From the IMG/VR virus record IMGVR_UViG_3300025133_000024: a stretch of 64,000 nt of DNA, one strand, 5' to 3'. Positions within the stretch are counted from its first letter, which is position 1; each line of letters starts with the position of its first letter. This DNA comes from a virus. Below are positions 8,874-19,008 of this stretch, in pieces. The position numbers were made by a program, and so were the translations under genes. Below the pieces are notes generated by a model that saw only the letters and a program-made list of their open reading frames with translations, did no database searches and had not been told where the DNA came from.

Positions 8874-9272
8874 CTAAAATTCCCTATCCAATAAAATAAA
8901 AATATCTTCTTTCTCTTCTTCTGTTAACTCATCATCAAAAAACATTGTGGTTTCAATATTCATTTCTTCTTCCTCCACCAAGGTCTTTCTTTGAACCCTC
9001 TTGAAGTCTTCTTTCTTTTCTTCAGGAATCTGAACATTCAGAAATTCTATTAAAGTCTTGTTTTTATCCAACATACCCTTTAAACAATATTCTAAAAACT
9101 CAATAAGTCTGAAGTTGTATCTGTGCAAGACAGTTAATAACAAAAAATAATCATACTGAGAGAGGGACAAGAAAATCTTTTTGTTTTTTGTCTTGAAGGT
9201 TTTGTTGACTTTTTCCTGCAATAACTGCTTGTCACTTTTCTTTGACATGATGTTTTTATACCCTAACACCAC
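8874..9272 (-). CDS. Hypothetical protein
   Basis: 132-aa ORF in operon, acidic C-terminus. Confidence 0.6.
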   Translation of the reverse strand: MVLGYKNIMSKKSDKQLLQEKVNKTFKTKNKKIFLSLSQYDYFLLLTVLHRYNFRLIEFLEYCLKGMLDKNKTLIEFLNVQIPEEKKEDFKRVQRKTLVEEEEMNIETTMFFDDELTEEEKEDIFILLDREF

Positions 9273-10302
9273 TCTCTAGAAAACCTCCAGATGAAATCTT
9301 AACCCATTCCGCTTTTTCCTGAAGGTCTTTGATTGTTCTCACACCCGAATATGACAAACCAGACCTTAATTGCCTACCAATGTCATCTAATCTATCTTCT
9401 GTTCTTCCTTCGTACTTTACAAGACCAGAAACCCCCTCAAGACTTCTTACTTCACCTCTCCAATCAATTTGAGATTCAGCACTTGACATTCCTCTGTACT
9501 CTTTGTATTTCTTATCATCAATTGTTAAAATTCTTCCTGGTGAGCAATCGGTACATGCCAACATATAACCCAACATCACCATATCCGCACCAGCAGCCAA
9601 ACCCTTTACAATATCACCTGTAGTTTTAAAACCACCATCAGCCAAAAGATAACCACCAACTTCATCCTTAGCTCTTGCACAATCAATAATAGATTGAAAT
9701 GTTGGAATCCCATGTCCAGTGTTAACTCTTGTTGTACAAACCCCTGAACCTCCAATTCCAACCCTTACAATATCAACACCCCAAGAAACCAAATCCTTAT
9801 AAGCTTCATATGTTGCAACATTTCCTGCCATCAACATAATATCGTTTCCATAATGTGCCTTTAACTCTTCAACTGCATTCTGTACCTTGTTGTGATGACC
9901 ATGCGCTACATCAATACAAAATAGCATACAACCCTCAGAATATAATGCAGCCACCCTTTCCATATAATTCTTCTTATCGTTTTTTACCACACCAATAGCA
10001 CAACCAATTCTAACATCAGAGGTATGAGACCACAATCTCTTTTGTTCCTCAATTGTGTTATAACGGTGAATAATACCACCGGCACCATACTTTACAAGTT
10101 GTTCATTCATCTTCTCACTAATGACTCTATCCATTGGCGCTGCAATAATTGGCAAATTATATCCAATCCCCACAGAACCATTATACAAATCAACATTCAG
10201 AGAATTAAACAACTCTTCTCTACTACTAACATCACTATAATGAGGTTGTAACAACACATCATCAAAACATAACACTTCTTTGATCTTCATTTTTTTCTCC
10301 AT
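9256..10302 (-). CDS. IMP dehydrogenase / GMP reductase family (no CBS domains)
   Basis: FDDVLL, PMD, IDVAHGH, MAGNV, VGIGGSGVCTTR, ADGG, YRGM, EGV. Confidence 0.93.
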   Translation of the reverse strand: MEKKMKIKEVLCFDDVLLQPHYSDVSSREELFNSLNVDLYNGSVGIGYNLPIIAAPMDRVISEKMNEQLVKYGAGGIIHRYNTIEEQKRLWSHTSDVRIGCAIGVVKNDKKNYMERVAALYSEGCMLFCIDVAHGHHNKVQNAVEELKAHYGNDIMLMAGNVATYEAYKDLVSWGVDIVRVGIGGSGVCTTRVNTGHGIPTFQSIIDCARAKDEVGGYLLADGGFKTTGDIVKGLAAGADMVMLGYMLACTDCSPGRILTIDDKKYKEYRGMSSAESQIDWRGEVRSLEGVSGLVKYEGRTEDRLDDIGRQLRSGLSYSGVRTIKDLQEKAEWVKISSGGFLESGVRV

Positions 10303-10474
10303 AACTTATAATATTTTCTTCTTTAATAATAAATGTCCATTTTCCACTATCTTCCTCAATAGTTGTTTTCGTTCTTCCCCTCAAAACAATTCTTAAGGTT
10401 TTATCTTTATCAAGTTTAAGATATAAAAAACTCTTTGATCTTGATAATCCAAGTACTCCTTTGTTAAACTTCAT
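10262..10474 (-). CDS. Small paralog-family protein
   Basis: MKFNKGVLGL, near-terminal ISYGEKNED. Confidence 0.6.
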   Translation of the reverse strand: MKFNKGVLGLSRSKSFLYLKLDKDKTLRIVLRGRTKTTIEEDSGKWTFIIKEENIISYGEKNEDQRSVMF

Positions 10475-10563
10475 TATTCGTTTTCTTTAGCAAAAGCTCA
10501 CTTGATATAAATCCAGCGGCACCTTTGGGACCACCACGTGTTCCCTTTTGACAATGAAACTTT

Positions 10564-11088
10564 TTATATACCGCTGTGTCCGAAACCACCTTCTCCTCTT
10601 TTTGTTTCTTTTTTGCCAAAATTTTCTGAGAATTCTAAAACAACAGGTTCAACCTTTTTGAACGATACTTGAGCAATTCTATCACTACTATTCACACAAA
10701 AAGGTTCATCCCCCAAATTAACCAAAATAACCTTCCACTCTCCTTCATAACCTTCATCAATTGTTCCCGGTGTGTTCAAAACTGTCACACCGTTCTTTAT
10801 TGCCAACCCACTTCTTGGTCTTATTTGAGCCTCAAAACCCTCAGGTAAAAAACACTTCAACCCCAAAGGAATTAAAACACGACTCGAAGGTTCAATAACA
10901 ACAGACTCATCCAAACAAGCATATAAATCAAAACAAGCATCCAAATTATCAGACTTTGTTGGGATTCTCGCTTTATCATGAATCTTGTTAATTAACACTT
11001 TAGGAATATTCTCACAACCTTGACAATGGTCTTTTTTACGTTCATGATAACCAAATTTATTACACTTGCTGCATTTTTCTAATCTCAT
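10564..11088 (-). CDS. dut: Trimeric dUTPase with N-terminal Cys4 extension
   Basis: DLYA, RPRSGLA, GTIDEGYEGE, DRIAQ, RGEGGFGHSG. Confidence 0.95.
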   Translation of the reverse strand: MRLEKCSKCNKFGYHERKKDHCQGCENIPKVLINKIHDKARIPTKSDNLDACFDLYACLDESVVIEPSSRVLIPLGLKCFLPEGFEAQIRPRSGLAIKNGVTVLNTPGTIDEGYEGEWKVILVNLGDEPFCVNSSDRIAQVSFKKVEPVVLEFSENFGKKETKRGEGGFGHSGI

Positions 11089-11333
11089 TGTTTTTCTCCG
11101 CTTTTTAAAAATTTTTCTGATTCGAATAAAATTTCTCTAAACTTCCAACTTAAATCGACTCTTGAACTATAAAAGGTAAAAGAACTAAAAGCGCGAAAAT
11201 CTTGAAAATTGTTCTCTATTTCACTCAAAAGTAGATGAACTCTATTAGATTTAGAACAATAAATTAAATCTCCATATGAGAATTTAACTTTATCATTATT
11301 TTGACTCATTGTCAACCTCTTTTTTTTGTTCAT
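11085..11333 (-). CDS. Small paralog-family protein
   Basis: FSYGDLIY...HLLL pattern. Confidence 0.55.
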   Translation of the reverse strand: MNKKKRLTMSQNNDKVKFSYGDLIYCSKSNRVHLLLSEIENNFQDFRAFSSFTFYSSRVDLSWKFREILFESEKFLKSGEKQ

Positions 11334-11535
11334 ATATGTCTCCCAACATATATTGTAAATGCTCTAGCTTGCTTTGATTCTCAGCAATATCCTGAATCAG
11401 TTCATCAACAGATGTTAACAACACTTTATGGTCCTTGATGGAACCAGGATTATTAAATATATGTTCAATCTCGGCAGTGGATTGTGCAATCTCTGATTCA
11501 TATTTTAACTTCAATGCTTTGTAAACAGACTTCAT
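11296..11535 (-). CDS. Small helical hypothetical protein
   Basis: 79-aa ORF, coiled-coil-like. Confidence 0.6.
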   Translation of the reverse strand: MKSVYKALKLKYESEIAQSTAEIEHIFNNPGSIKDHKVLLTSVDELIQDIAENQSKLEHLQYMLGDIYEQKKEVDNESK

Positions 11536-11544
11536 AATCTTCTC

Positions 11545-11760
11545 CTATTCTTTTATTTCCAAAATACTCCAATCACATGCAAAATATCTCTTCCAGAATT
11601 TTGTGTCTAGTGGATGATGTGAACCGTAATTATATAATTCCAAAACCGAACAAAAGGGGCTATATACATAATCATCATTAACAGTATCCAAAATCAGATA
11701 AAAATGTTCATCTCCCAAAATAACATGACCCTTTTTAAACCTTTCTTTTCTTTTGCTCAT
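11545..11760 (-). CDS. Small paralog-family protein
   Basis: FKKGHVIL...FYLIL. Confidence 0.65.
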   Translation of the reverse strand: MSKRKERFKKGHVILGDEHFYLILDTVNDDYVYSPFCSVLELYNYGSHHPLDTKFWKRYFACDWSILEIKE

Positions 11761-11948
11761 ATTTTAACTCCATTTTTGAAAAAACTAAAGTTATTAATAA
11801 AAAAAGAAGATTCCCTTATTTCCTCGAAATATTGTTCTCTTCTCTCAAGTGAAAAAGTGGTTACAATGCCGTTTTTCGCTTGAAGTGCAAGTTCTAAACC
11901 AAAATCGCTATCATACAAGGACAACATACCTTTCTCAATTTTCTTCAC
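11757..11948 (-). CDS. Small paralog-family protein
   Basis: IEKGMLSLY, ends FFKNGVKI. Confidence 0.65.
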   Translation of the reverse strand: MKKIEKGMLSLYDSDFGLELALQAKNGIVTTFSLERREQYFEEIRESSFFINNFSFFKNGVKI

Positions 11949-12151
11949 ATTTCAACTCCGTTTTTGTAAAAAGATATTCCATTAGCAAAAACTTTACTCT
12001 TTTGTATATTATAAAAACCAACACGAAAATCATGCAAGTTTATATAAAACAAGAGAAAGGAATTTTCGCCACAAGAAGGTTTTATAAGCAGTTCAATTTT
12101 TTTATATAATGATTTTTCTGTGGATAACAAACCCTTTTCACATTTTCTCAT
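11945..12151 (-). CDS. Small paralog-family protein
   Basis: CEKGLLS, ends FYKNGVEM. Confidence 0.65.
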   Translation of the reverse strand: MRKCEKGLLSTEKSLYKKIELLIKPSCGENSFLLFYINLHDFRVGFYNIQKSKVFANGISFYKNGVEM

Positions 12152-12384
12152 ATTTTTATTTCCTTCCCATTCTCACAAAATGTAAATTCTTTGTGAAACA
12201 TGTCCTCTTTTCTAAAGGAATCAAGACCACTAGCTTTCTCATCACATGAAAACACTAACACTCTTTCTTCACCAACTTGAACAATAATTTCAACGCCGAA
12301 ATCAGGTCCAAGCAAAGTCATCATTCCAACTTTTAAGTTTCTCATTTTATTTTGCCTCTTTAAGTTTTTGCCAAAATTATTCAT
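12148..12384 (-). CDS. Small paralog-family protein
   Basis: LKVGMMTLL, ends FCENGKEIKI. Confidence 0.65.
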   Translation of the reverse strand: MNNFGKNLKRQNKMRNLKVGMMTLLGPDFGVEIIVQVGEERVLVFSCDEKASGLDSFRKEDMFHKEFTFCENGKEIKI

Positions 12385-15300
12385 CCAGGTATTTCATATT
12401 AGACCTTAATGTTCTTGTTGAATAACCCCATTTTGGACAATACTCCAAATATATCATAAGAGGGCGATTCAAATCAAGAGTGTCTGAGGGATGGATACCC
12501 CAAATCTTTACATCCTCTTGTCCACCATATGAATCGATACAATTAACAATCCAATAAGTTTTTCCTTTTGCTGTTTTTCGTGGTGTTACTTCTCTTGCAA
12601 TGCACCACACAACACCATGCTCATTATCATAATGTGTTAATGAAGGAATGTTAGACTTCAACAATCTCTTCTCCACATCTTTTGTTATTACAGTAGAAAA
12701 AGGAAACAACCCGCTTAATTCGACCTTGAAATCAATCTTTTGTTGAGTGGTAAAATCATCTTCATATTTAAACTTTTCAATGTTTTCCAAAAGTTCTTCT
12801 TGATTTCCAGGACGATTATCAACAACCGATAACCAAAAATGCCTCATGTGTTCAAACCTTGCATCCATCAAGCAATTCAATGTTCCAGAACGAGTTAAGA
12901 CATCCAAAGACCTTTTGTTTAATCTTCTATATGAGATTCTTTCATTAAACAAAAGGTCTTCAATTGTATAAAAAGGTCTATGACTTAAAATTTCTTGAAC
13001 AGCTTTCTCACCCAAACCTTTAATTCCCGTTAAAGGTTGAATGACAGTCTTTTCATCAATAATGTCCCAAAACATATTGGAGAGATTAATGTCAACATCT
13101 TCAATATCCATGTTTGCTCTTTTTGCGACGTTGATGGCTTGTTCTTTTTTATCTTCAGGCTCTTTGTCAAGAAATGCAGCAACCCATTCAACTGGATAAT
13201 ATGTATACAACCATGCACATTGAAAACTCAAAAAGAAATATGGGATAGCATGATTCTTGGAAAATCCATAGCCAGCAAATGCAGCAATGTTTTCCCAAAG
13301 TTCTCTAATTTCATCAATCTTCATGTTGTTTTCTAAACAACCCTTTTCAAACCTCTCATAGTACTCTTTGAGTTTCTTGGCTGTTTCTAATCCCAAATCA
13401 CGTTGCAGCAGTTGTTTAATGAATGGGTCTGTGATAGAAGATGTATCAATTCTTGCACCACCTTTTTCTTTTTTTGTGAATAATTTTCGAATAGTGTGAC
13501 CATCTTCTTCTGAGAGGTATTTGCTCAGGCCACTAACCAACGATGAAATTTGTTCTTGGAAAATAAGGAACGAATATGTGTCTTCTGTTATTTTCTTATG
13601 AATATCGTTATAATATTTCCTTTTGTATTCTTTGTATTTTCCTTCCAGATACATATCAGGAACATTGCCATCCATAGGTCCAGGTCGATAAGTAGATGTT
13701 ACAGCAGAACCTTCCATAATTGAAATTGGTTTTACTTGTTGTGAAAACTTTTGTACTCCACTTTCTGTGAATTGAAAAGTTCCAGCAAAATTTCCTTTGT
13801 GATAAACATGTTCATAAACTCTTTGGTCATTATGGTCTATCACATCAGGATGCAAAAACTCATCATAAAAATGTTTTACATCTTCAAACGTTGGATTTTC
13901 TATATCATAATGTCTCCTGAGAATGTGGGATATGCAATCTCTAATCATCCTCAAAGAAGCAATCCCAAGAATATCAAACTTGATAAAACCAAAAGGTTCC
14001 AAGTGTCTTACGTTTTGACCTTCACACCAAGGGGTTTGCATTTTTCCTTTTGAACGAATTAAAGGCATTGTTTCAAATAGATTTTCAGAAACCAATAGAC
14101 CACCAGCATGAACAGAAGATGCCTTCTTTTGTCCAATAAGAGATTTGATATAAGTCTGAACATGGGGATATTTTTTGAGGAACTTTTTTAGAGAATCAGA
14201 ATACTCTAGAACCTCTTCCCATGTTGGAACATATACGCCAGCTTTAATTCCATGTTTCTTTTTTGCTTTGGTTGTTGCTTCTCTTATCATTTTTCCTGTT
14301 ACAGGATTAACTTCAGAAAATGGAATCTCATGAAGTCTTGAAACATCTTTCACGATAGATTTCAATTGAAGGGTTGTCATATTCGAAATTAATGCAACTC
14401 TTTCTTGACCCCATTCTTCAACAAGATGTTCTTTTATTCTTGCTGGTTCTTCACAGTCAACATCAATATCTGGCATAGAATCAGAATCAGACCTGAGAAA
14501 GCGTGAAAACATTGTTCCCCACTTTAAAGGGTCAATTTCTGTTATGTCCAATAAGTAAGCGATTAAAGAACCAGCAGCACTTCCTCTTCCTCCACCCATT
14601 AATTGAGTCTTTCTTATTTCTTGTACAATTCTATCTTTTGTCAAGAAGTATTCAGCAAAATTATTATTCTTTAGTACCTCTAACTCCTCTTCTAATCTTT
14701 CTTTATATTTTTGCCCAAAACCTTTTTCCTCCAACTTCACAAAACACTTTTCCCTCAACATTTCATTCGCATCAACACCATCAGGCACAACAAATGTCGG
14801 TAACTTGATGTCTGTATTCGGATAAAAAGACTCCACCATATTATGAGCAATACGATGTGTGTTTTCTATGCTTCGAATAATAACATCGTCATCATATTTA
14901 AAACCCATTCTCTCAGAGTATTTCCTGTAATCCTCAAACATCTGGTCGCCATTCTTAGGATACAGTTCATAATCCATGCCATCAATGGTTTCAGGGATCT
15001 CTTTTGAAATCCATTCTGGCTTTTTATCTCTTCCCAAAAAACCCAATCTCTTATATGTCTCTCTTGCTCTCCATAGTTCAGGTCTAGCATAATGATAATC
15101 AACCGTAGAAATCAACTTCAAGCCATTTCTTTTGCAAAGTTCAATAATACACTGATTCAACACATGCTGTTCTTTAATAGCATTCCATTGAAGTTCACCA
15201 AAAAATCTATCTTTCCCAAAAATATCAATAAACTTCTGAAGATAAGGTTGCATCATCTTCAGAAGTTCTTCTTGTGTTGCTTCCGGGTTCATCCACACCA

Positions 15301-15913
15301 ATTTAGCAAACACACCAGAAATACAAGTTGTTGTTGCAATCAACCCTTCACTATTCTCTTTCAATAATTGACAATCAATTCTTGGTTTGCGAAAAAAATA
15401 ATCTTCTCTTGTATCATGACTCTTCGAAACAAGATAAAATAAGTTCCTCAGACCAACTTCATTTTGGGCGATAACAAGAAAATGAGCATTGCCAGTTACT
15501 TTGTCTGTGATTTGCTCTCTGTTTTCTTCCTCAAAAACAACGCCCTTTTGCTTCTTTTCTAGTTGCTTCTTTCTCTTTTTGTCTTCAGAGGCTTTGTTGT
15601 ATTCTTCTCTCCAATCAATCACATCATCAATATAATAAAACTCGCAACCATATAGTGGTTTGATTTTCCTTCCTTCTTTTTCCATCTTCTTTGCATGAAG
15701 AACTTGATAAGACAATCCATTCATATTTCCATGGTCTGTTAACGCAATCGCATCCATCCCATTTTCATAAGCAAATTCCAAAAAGTCTCCTGGTTCACCC
15801 AAACCATCATATGGTGAACCAACAGATGAATGACCATGAAGATTAACAAACTTTAATTTAGAATCAATTCTTTTCATTACATTAACTTCCTTTAACAACC
15901 CTATTCGTAACAA
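12377..15913 (-). CDS. dnaE: DNA polymerase III alpha subunit (family C)
   Basis: PHP HGHS/TDHG/GCE, GRGSAAGS, PDIDVD, KFDILG, YGFSKNH, C-terminal OB-like region. Confidence 0.97.
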   Translation of the reverse strand: MLRIGLLKEVNVMKRIDSKLKFVNLHGHSSVGSPYDGLGEPGDFLEFAYENGMDAIALTDHGNMNGLSYQVLHAKKMEKEGRKIKPLYGCEFYYIDDVIDWREEYNKASEDKKRKKQLEKKQKGVVFEEENREQITDKVTGNAHFLVIAQNEVGLRNLFYLVSKSHDTREDYFFRKPRIDCQLLKENSEGLIATTTCISGVFAKLVWMNPEATQEELLKMMQPYLQKFIDIFGKDRFFGELQWNAIKEQHVLNQCIIELCKRNGLKLISTVDYHYARPELWRARETYKRLGFLGRDKKPEWISKEIPETIDGMDYELYPKNGDQMFEDYRKYSERMGFKYDDDVIIRSIENTHRIAHNMVESFYPNTDIKLPTFVVPDGVDANEMLREKCFVKLEEKGFGQKYKERLEEELEVLKNNNFAEYFLTKDRIVQEIRKTQLMGGGRGSAAGSLIAYLLDITEIDPLKWGTMFSRFLRSDSDSMPDIDVDCEEPARIKEHLVEEWGQERVALISNMTTLQLKSIVKDVSRLHEIPFSEVNPVTGKMIREATTKAKKKHGIKAGVYVPTWEEVLEYSDSLKKFLKKYPHVQTYIKSLIGQKKASSVHAGGLLVSENLFETMPLIRSKGKMQTPWCEGQNVRHLEPFGFIKFDILGIASLRMIRDCISHILRRHYDIENPTFEDVKHFYDEFLHPDVIDHNDQRVYEHVYHKGNFAGTFQFTESGVQKFSQQVKPISIMEGSAVTSTYRPGPMDGNVPDMYLEGKYKEYKRKYYNDIHKKITEDTYSFLIFQEQISSLVSGLSKYLSEEDGHTIRKLFTKKEKGGARIDTSSITDPFIKQLLQRDLGLETAKKLKEYYERFEKGCLENNMKIDEIRELWENIAAFAGYGFSKNHAIPYFFLSFQCAWLYTYYPVEWVAAFLDKEPEDKKEQAINVAKRANMDIEDVDINLSNMFWDIIDEKTVIQPLTGIKGLGEKAVQEILSHRPFYTIEDLLFNERISYRRLNKRSLDVLTRSGTLNCLMDARFEHMRHFWLSVVDNRPGNQEELLENIEKFKYEDDFTTQQKIDFKVELSGLFPFSTVITKDVEKRLLKSNIPSLTHYDNEHGVVWCIAREVTPRKTAKGKTYWIVNCIDSYGGQEDVKIWGIHPSDTLDLNRPLMIYLEYCPKWGYSTRTLRSNMKYLDE

Positions 15914-16101
15914 GAGATTTTTACATGAAATGCTCTTGCAGTGTGAGCGTATTTTTGAACATAAATTTTGTTATTGTCAAGAGCAATATTCAACACTTGA
16001 GAATCCCCCAAACTCAAAAGAAGTGCGGAAGCTGATAGCAATATTGTACCTTTTTTCAAATCCTTAACACGTTTACTGAAGGTCTTAAACTTACGCTTCA
16101 T
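15901..16101 (-). CDS. Small paralog-family protein
   Basis: VKDLKKGTILL; sister of 16320..16532. Confidence 0.65.
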   Translation of the reverse strand: MKRKFKTFSKRVKDLKKGTILLSASALLLSLGDSQVLNIALDNNKIYVQKYAHTARAFHVKISCYE

Positions 16102-16120
16102 TATATCTCCTTGCTATTGA

Positions 16121-16339
16121 CTACCGATATACACTACACAAACAAACGGGAATTATCCAATCCGGGCCTAAAGAAACTAGTGAGTGTCGGTTTGTTACAA
16201 AACCCATATAAAAATAAAGATCTTTACTGATGTTTAAATAAAATGAATTATTATAGAAAAACATTGTACCCTTTTGAACTTCCTTGTTACGAAGATTAAG
16301 TTTCGAATCCTCCATAATTCTATTCATAAACACCAACAT
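16121..16339 (-). CDS. Small paralog-family protein
   Basis: VQKGTMFFY. Confidence 0.6.
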   Translation of the reverse strand: MLVFMNRIMEDSKLNLRNKEVQKGTMFFYNNSFYLNISKDLYFYMGFVTNRHSLVSLGPDWIIPVCLCSVYR

Positions 16340-16532
16340 TTGCCCGATACAAAATTGTATTTTTGGGATATTTTTTAATATAGGAAATTCCTAAATCGGT
16401 ATTGATACGGAAAGTTATCCCCTCACCTGATTCTAGAATCAGGTGAAAATAATATGTTGCCGTCATAATTGAACCTTTTTTCAAATCTCTGATATAACCA
16501 CTGTGTTTCTTAAACTCATGCTTCATTATCAT
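16320..16532 (-). CDS. Small paralog-family protein
   Basis: IRDLKKGSIMT, ends GVYE. Confidence 0.65.
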   Translation of the reverse strand: MIMKHEFKKHSGYIRDLKKGSIMTATYYFHLILESGEGITFRINTDLGISYIKKYPKNTILYRANVGVYE

Positions 16533-16783
16533 TCCTTATCTTCGCTATATGTCAAGACGTTATAACTTGGAATTTCTTCTCTAAGTCTACTTTTTTTATC
16601 CCTATTATAATTGTCAGCACCTTCTTCATAAAATGTCAAAAAATAATTTGTATTTATTTCCATAAGATCAACAAGTAAGCCAGTTACTTCACCATTTTTT
16701 TCTCCAATAACAAGCCAAAAATGATTTTCATCTACATCACCTTCATAACAAGTTACGTCACCTTTTTCATATTTTTCTTTCAT
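16529..16783 (-). CDS. Small paralog-family protein
   Basis: YEKGDVTCYEG, FWLVI, ends VLTYSEDKE. Confidence 0.7.
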   Translation of the reverse strand: MKEKYEKGDVTCYEGDVDENHFWLVIGEKNGEVTGLLVDLMEINTNYFLTFYEEGADNYNRDKKSRLREEIPSYNVLTYSEDKE

Positions 16784-17718
16784 TTCGTTTCCTTATTTTC
16801 TATTGTGGATGGGGGAATAATAAGATTGCTATCTTGATTTTGCTGTGAAAAGAAAAATGGTCTCTTGATTTTCTTTGAGTGTTCTGAGGAGAGGAAATCT
16901 TGATACCCGGCCCATGTGGATATGTCGTAGCACCAAGCAGGTCGGTGGAAATACTCCACCTTTGTAAACATATTAAGCACTTTTTCAAAAAAGTCAATAG
17001 GTAACGGCTCTTTTGTCACATCTTTTTTTTTGTTTAAAAATTTATTGTACTGAGTAAAATATCTATCAAAATGCTGACGGGTTAAAGTAAAACCCATAGG
17101 CTTTCCTGATTTCATACCTTTATATTTATACTCAACATAAAAAGGAGATAAACAACTAATTTTTGTTCTATGAACAGCAAGTTGGTTAATGGGATAAACC
17201 ATAAAAGGAAATGAAATATAAAAAACATCAGGAACAACATTACTTGAAAGCTTCTTTGTGAAATCCAATACTGTCTCAAATCCATACATCACAGATTTAA
17301 AACAACAAAACTTCATATCCTCTCTTTTAGGGTCCAAATAATAAATTGGAATCTTATAACATGACTGTTTTGTCTTCTTTCTCCACGTATTCCACCAAAA
17401 CCAATTCCTCCAGAAATTATCCTTTTTTGAAGGTTTCCTACCAATCATTACATTTATAGGGTCAGCAACCCAATTCCCCACTATTCTCTTTATCGCAACC
17501 GAACTCTTCTTCGAACCAACAATCCAAATTGAACGACAACCAGCCATAACACACTCTGCAACACTTCTCTCAATCGCATATAAATCTTTTGAAATTGGCA
17601 TTAAAGCACCATTCCATAAAAAATCATAATCAGAAAATTGATTTGCAGTTGGAATAATACCAACAATATTATAATCCCTGTTCCTCATCATCTTTCTAAG
17701 CGTCTTCGGACTTTCCAT
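16780..17718 (-). CDS. Divergent sugar-phosphate nucleotidyltransferase-like protein
   Basis: VGIIPTA...LMPI...IERSVAECVMAGCRSIWIV resembles the NTP_transferase N-terminus but lacks GxGTR. Confidence 0.55.
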   Translation of the reverse strand: MESPKTLRKMMRNRDYNIVGIIPTANQFSDYDFLWNGALMPISKDLYAIERSVAECVMAGCRSIWIVGSKKSSVAIKRIVGNWVADPINVMIGRKPSKKDNFWRNWFWWNTWRKKTKQSCYKIPIYYLDPKREDMKFCCFKSVMYGFETVLDFTKKLSSNVVPDVFYISFPFMVYPINQLAVHRTKISCLSPFYVEYKYKGMKSGKPMGFTLTRQHFDRYFTQYNKFLNKKKDVTKEPLPIDFFEKVLNMFTKVEYFHRPAWCYDISTWAGYQDFLSSEHSKKIKRPFFFSQQNQDSNLIIPPSTIENKETK

Positions 17719-17719
17719 T

Positions 17720-18580
17720 TTACATATCCAACTCTTTTAATGTTTCTAAAAATAACCTCGAATCACCCAATACCAACTCACCCCAATCACTACTCAGATA
17801 AAAAACATTTTTATTTTGAATTTTAAAGGACTCTAAGGGCACCACAACCCTCGCTTGATGCCTAAGGTTAATAAGTTTTAAATCTTCCTCCACCTCTTTG
17901 TTCGGTGTGTTAAACGAAGCATCAACATAATCTTTTAATTTGTTTTGAAGAAAAATACGGAGAGGGGTTGGTGAGTAAGAGGGTGTTTTTAGTTTTTGGT
18001 TTGAAACCCAGGATTTGCAATAAATTATGTTGTTTTTTTTATATATTGTGTTGGGGTATTGAGTTTGTTGATATATCACATCACATATTAATTCTCTATC
18101 AGGTTGAATAATAAAGAAATCTTCAATTATATTCTGTGTGTGTTTTATCTTATATTGCAAACCCTTTAATAATCTTGGATTAAATATAAACAACTTTTCA
18201 AACCTAATTCTTGAAAAATGCTTCATGTTGTGCTGTATTTTAATTACATCATCTTCTTCTATACGCATGACATCAATTGTGTCCAAAAAAGGTAATAATC
18301 CCTTCCAGGACATAAGAAACAATATTTTTTCAATTATTGAATTTTGTTTTATTCCGATAAATGAGTCTTCTTTGTTTGTCACTATCTTGCTTAAAATGTT
18401 TTGCTCTCCAATAAACTTTAAGCAAAAAGAAGAATCGAAGTGTTTGAAATTATGGGGTCTATTAAAATTTTGATATAAAAATGGATAGCCATGAGTATAG
18501 GCATAAATCAGAGAATGAATGTTATTTCCTATAACAACATTCTCGTATTCATACTCATGACCATCCAACTTTTCACTCAT
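17720..18580 (-). CDS. Hypothetical protein with Rossmann-like N-terminus
   Basis: YENVVIGNNIHSLIYA resembles a degenerate FAD-binding beta-alpha start. Confidence 0.45.
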   Translation of the reverse strand: MSEKLDGHEYEYENVVIGNNIHSLIYAYTHGYPFLYQNFNRPHNFKHFDSSFCLKFIGEQNILSKIVTNKEDSFIGIKQNSIIEKILFLMSWKGLLPFLDTIDVMRIEEDDVIKIQHNMKHFSRIRFEKLFIFNPRLLKGLQYKIKHTQNIIEDFFIIQPDRELICDVIYQQTQYPNTIYKKNNIIYCKSWVSNQKLKTPSYSPTPLRIFLQNKLKDYVDASFNTPNKEVEEDLKLINLRHQARVVVPLESFKIQNKNVFYLSSDWGELVLGDSRLFLETLKELDM

Positions 18581-18785
18581 AATTTAAAATTTCCAGTTTT
18601 TGTCTTTGCCAAATCGCCTTATTCTGTCTATAAGAATTACCCCTGAACCTTCCTAAACTAATATTTTCATCAACAACCTTCAAGTAACGAGGACAAGAGC
18701 CACCTTCCATCATCAAAATAAAAACACCACAAGTAGAATGTTTACCAAAAGCCATGAGACCCTTATCTTGTAATTTTTTATTCAT
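18573..18785 (-). CDS. Small paralog-family protein
   Basis: Start re-placed at MNKKLQDKGLMAF; ends ILNYE; sister of 18983..19186. Confidence 0.6.
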   Translation of the reverse strand: MNKKLQDKGLMAFGKHSTCGVFILMMEGGSCPRYLKVVDENISLGRFRGNSYRQNKAIWQRQKLEILNYE

Positions 18786-19008
18786 GTTCTTTCCCATTAA
18801 AAGAATATTGAAGTTTCTTTTCTTTTCTGTTTGCGTATAATATATAAGTTTTATTACCAAAAATAGAAAATATTCGATAATTGTAATCTCGAATCGGACT
18901 TTTCTTTCTACCCAGATACAAATCAACAATCCTATGGCTTCCATTCGCACTCACAGAGCCATATGTGCAATCTTTTTTAAAATCAGTTTTCATATTGCAA
19001 AATCTCAT
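18778..19008 (-). CDS. Small paralog-family protein
   Basis: FKKDCTYG, ends LQYSFNGKEHE. Confidence 0.55.
   Translation of the reverse strand: MRFCNMKTDFKKDCTYGSVSANGSHRIVDLYLGRKKSPIRDYNYRIFSIFGNKTYILYANRKEKKLQYSFNGKEHE

Noticed and set aside
10475-10563. Open frame KFHCQKGTRGGPKGAAG... after dut
   Set aside because: No start codon with proper RBS spacing; possibly a remnant, but unsupported.
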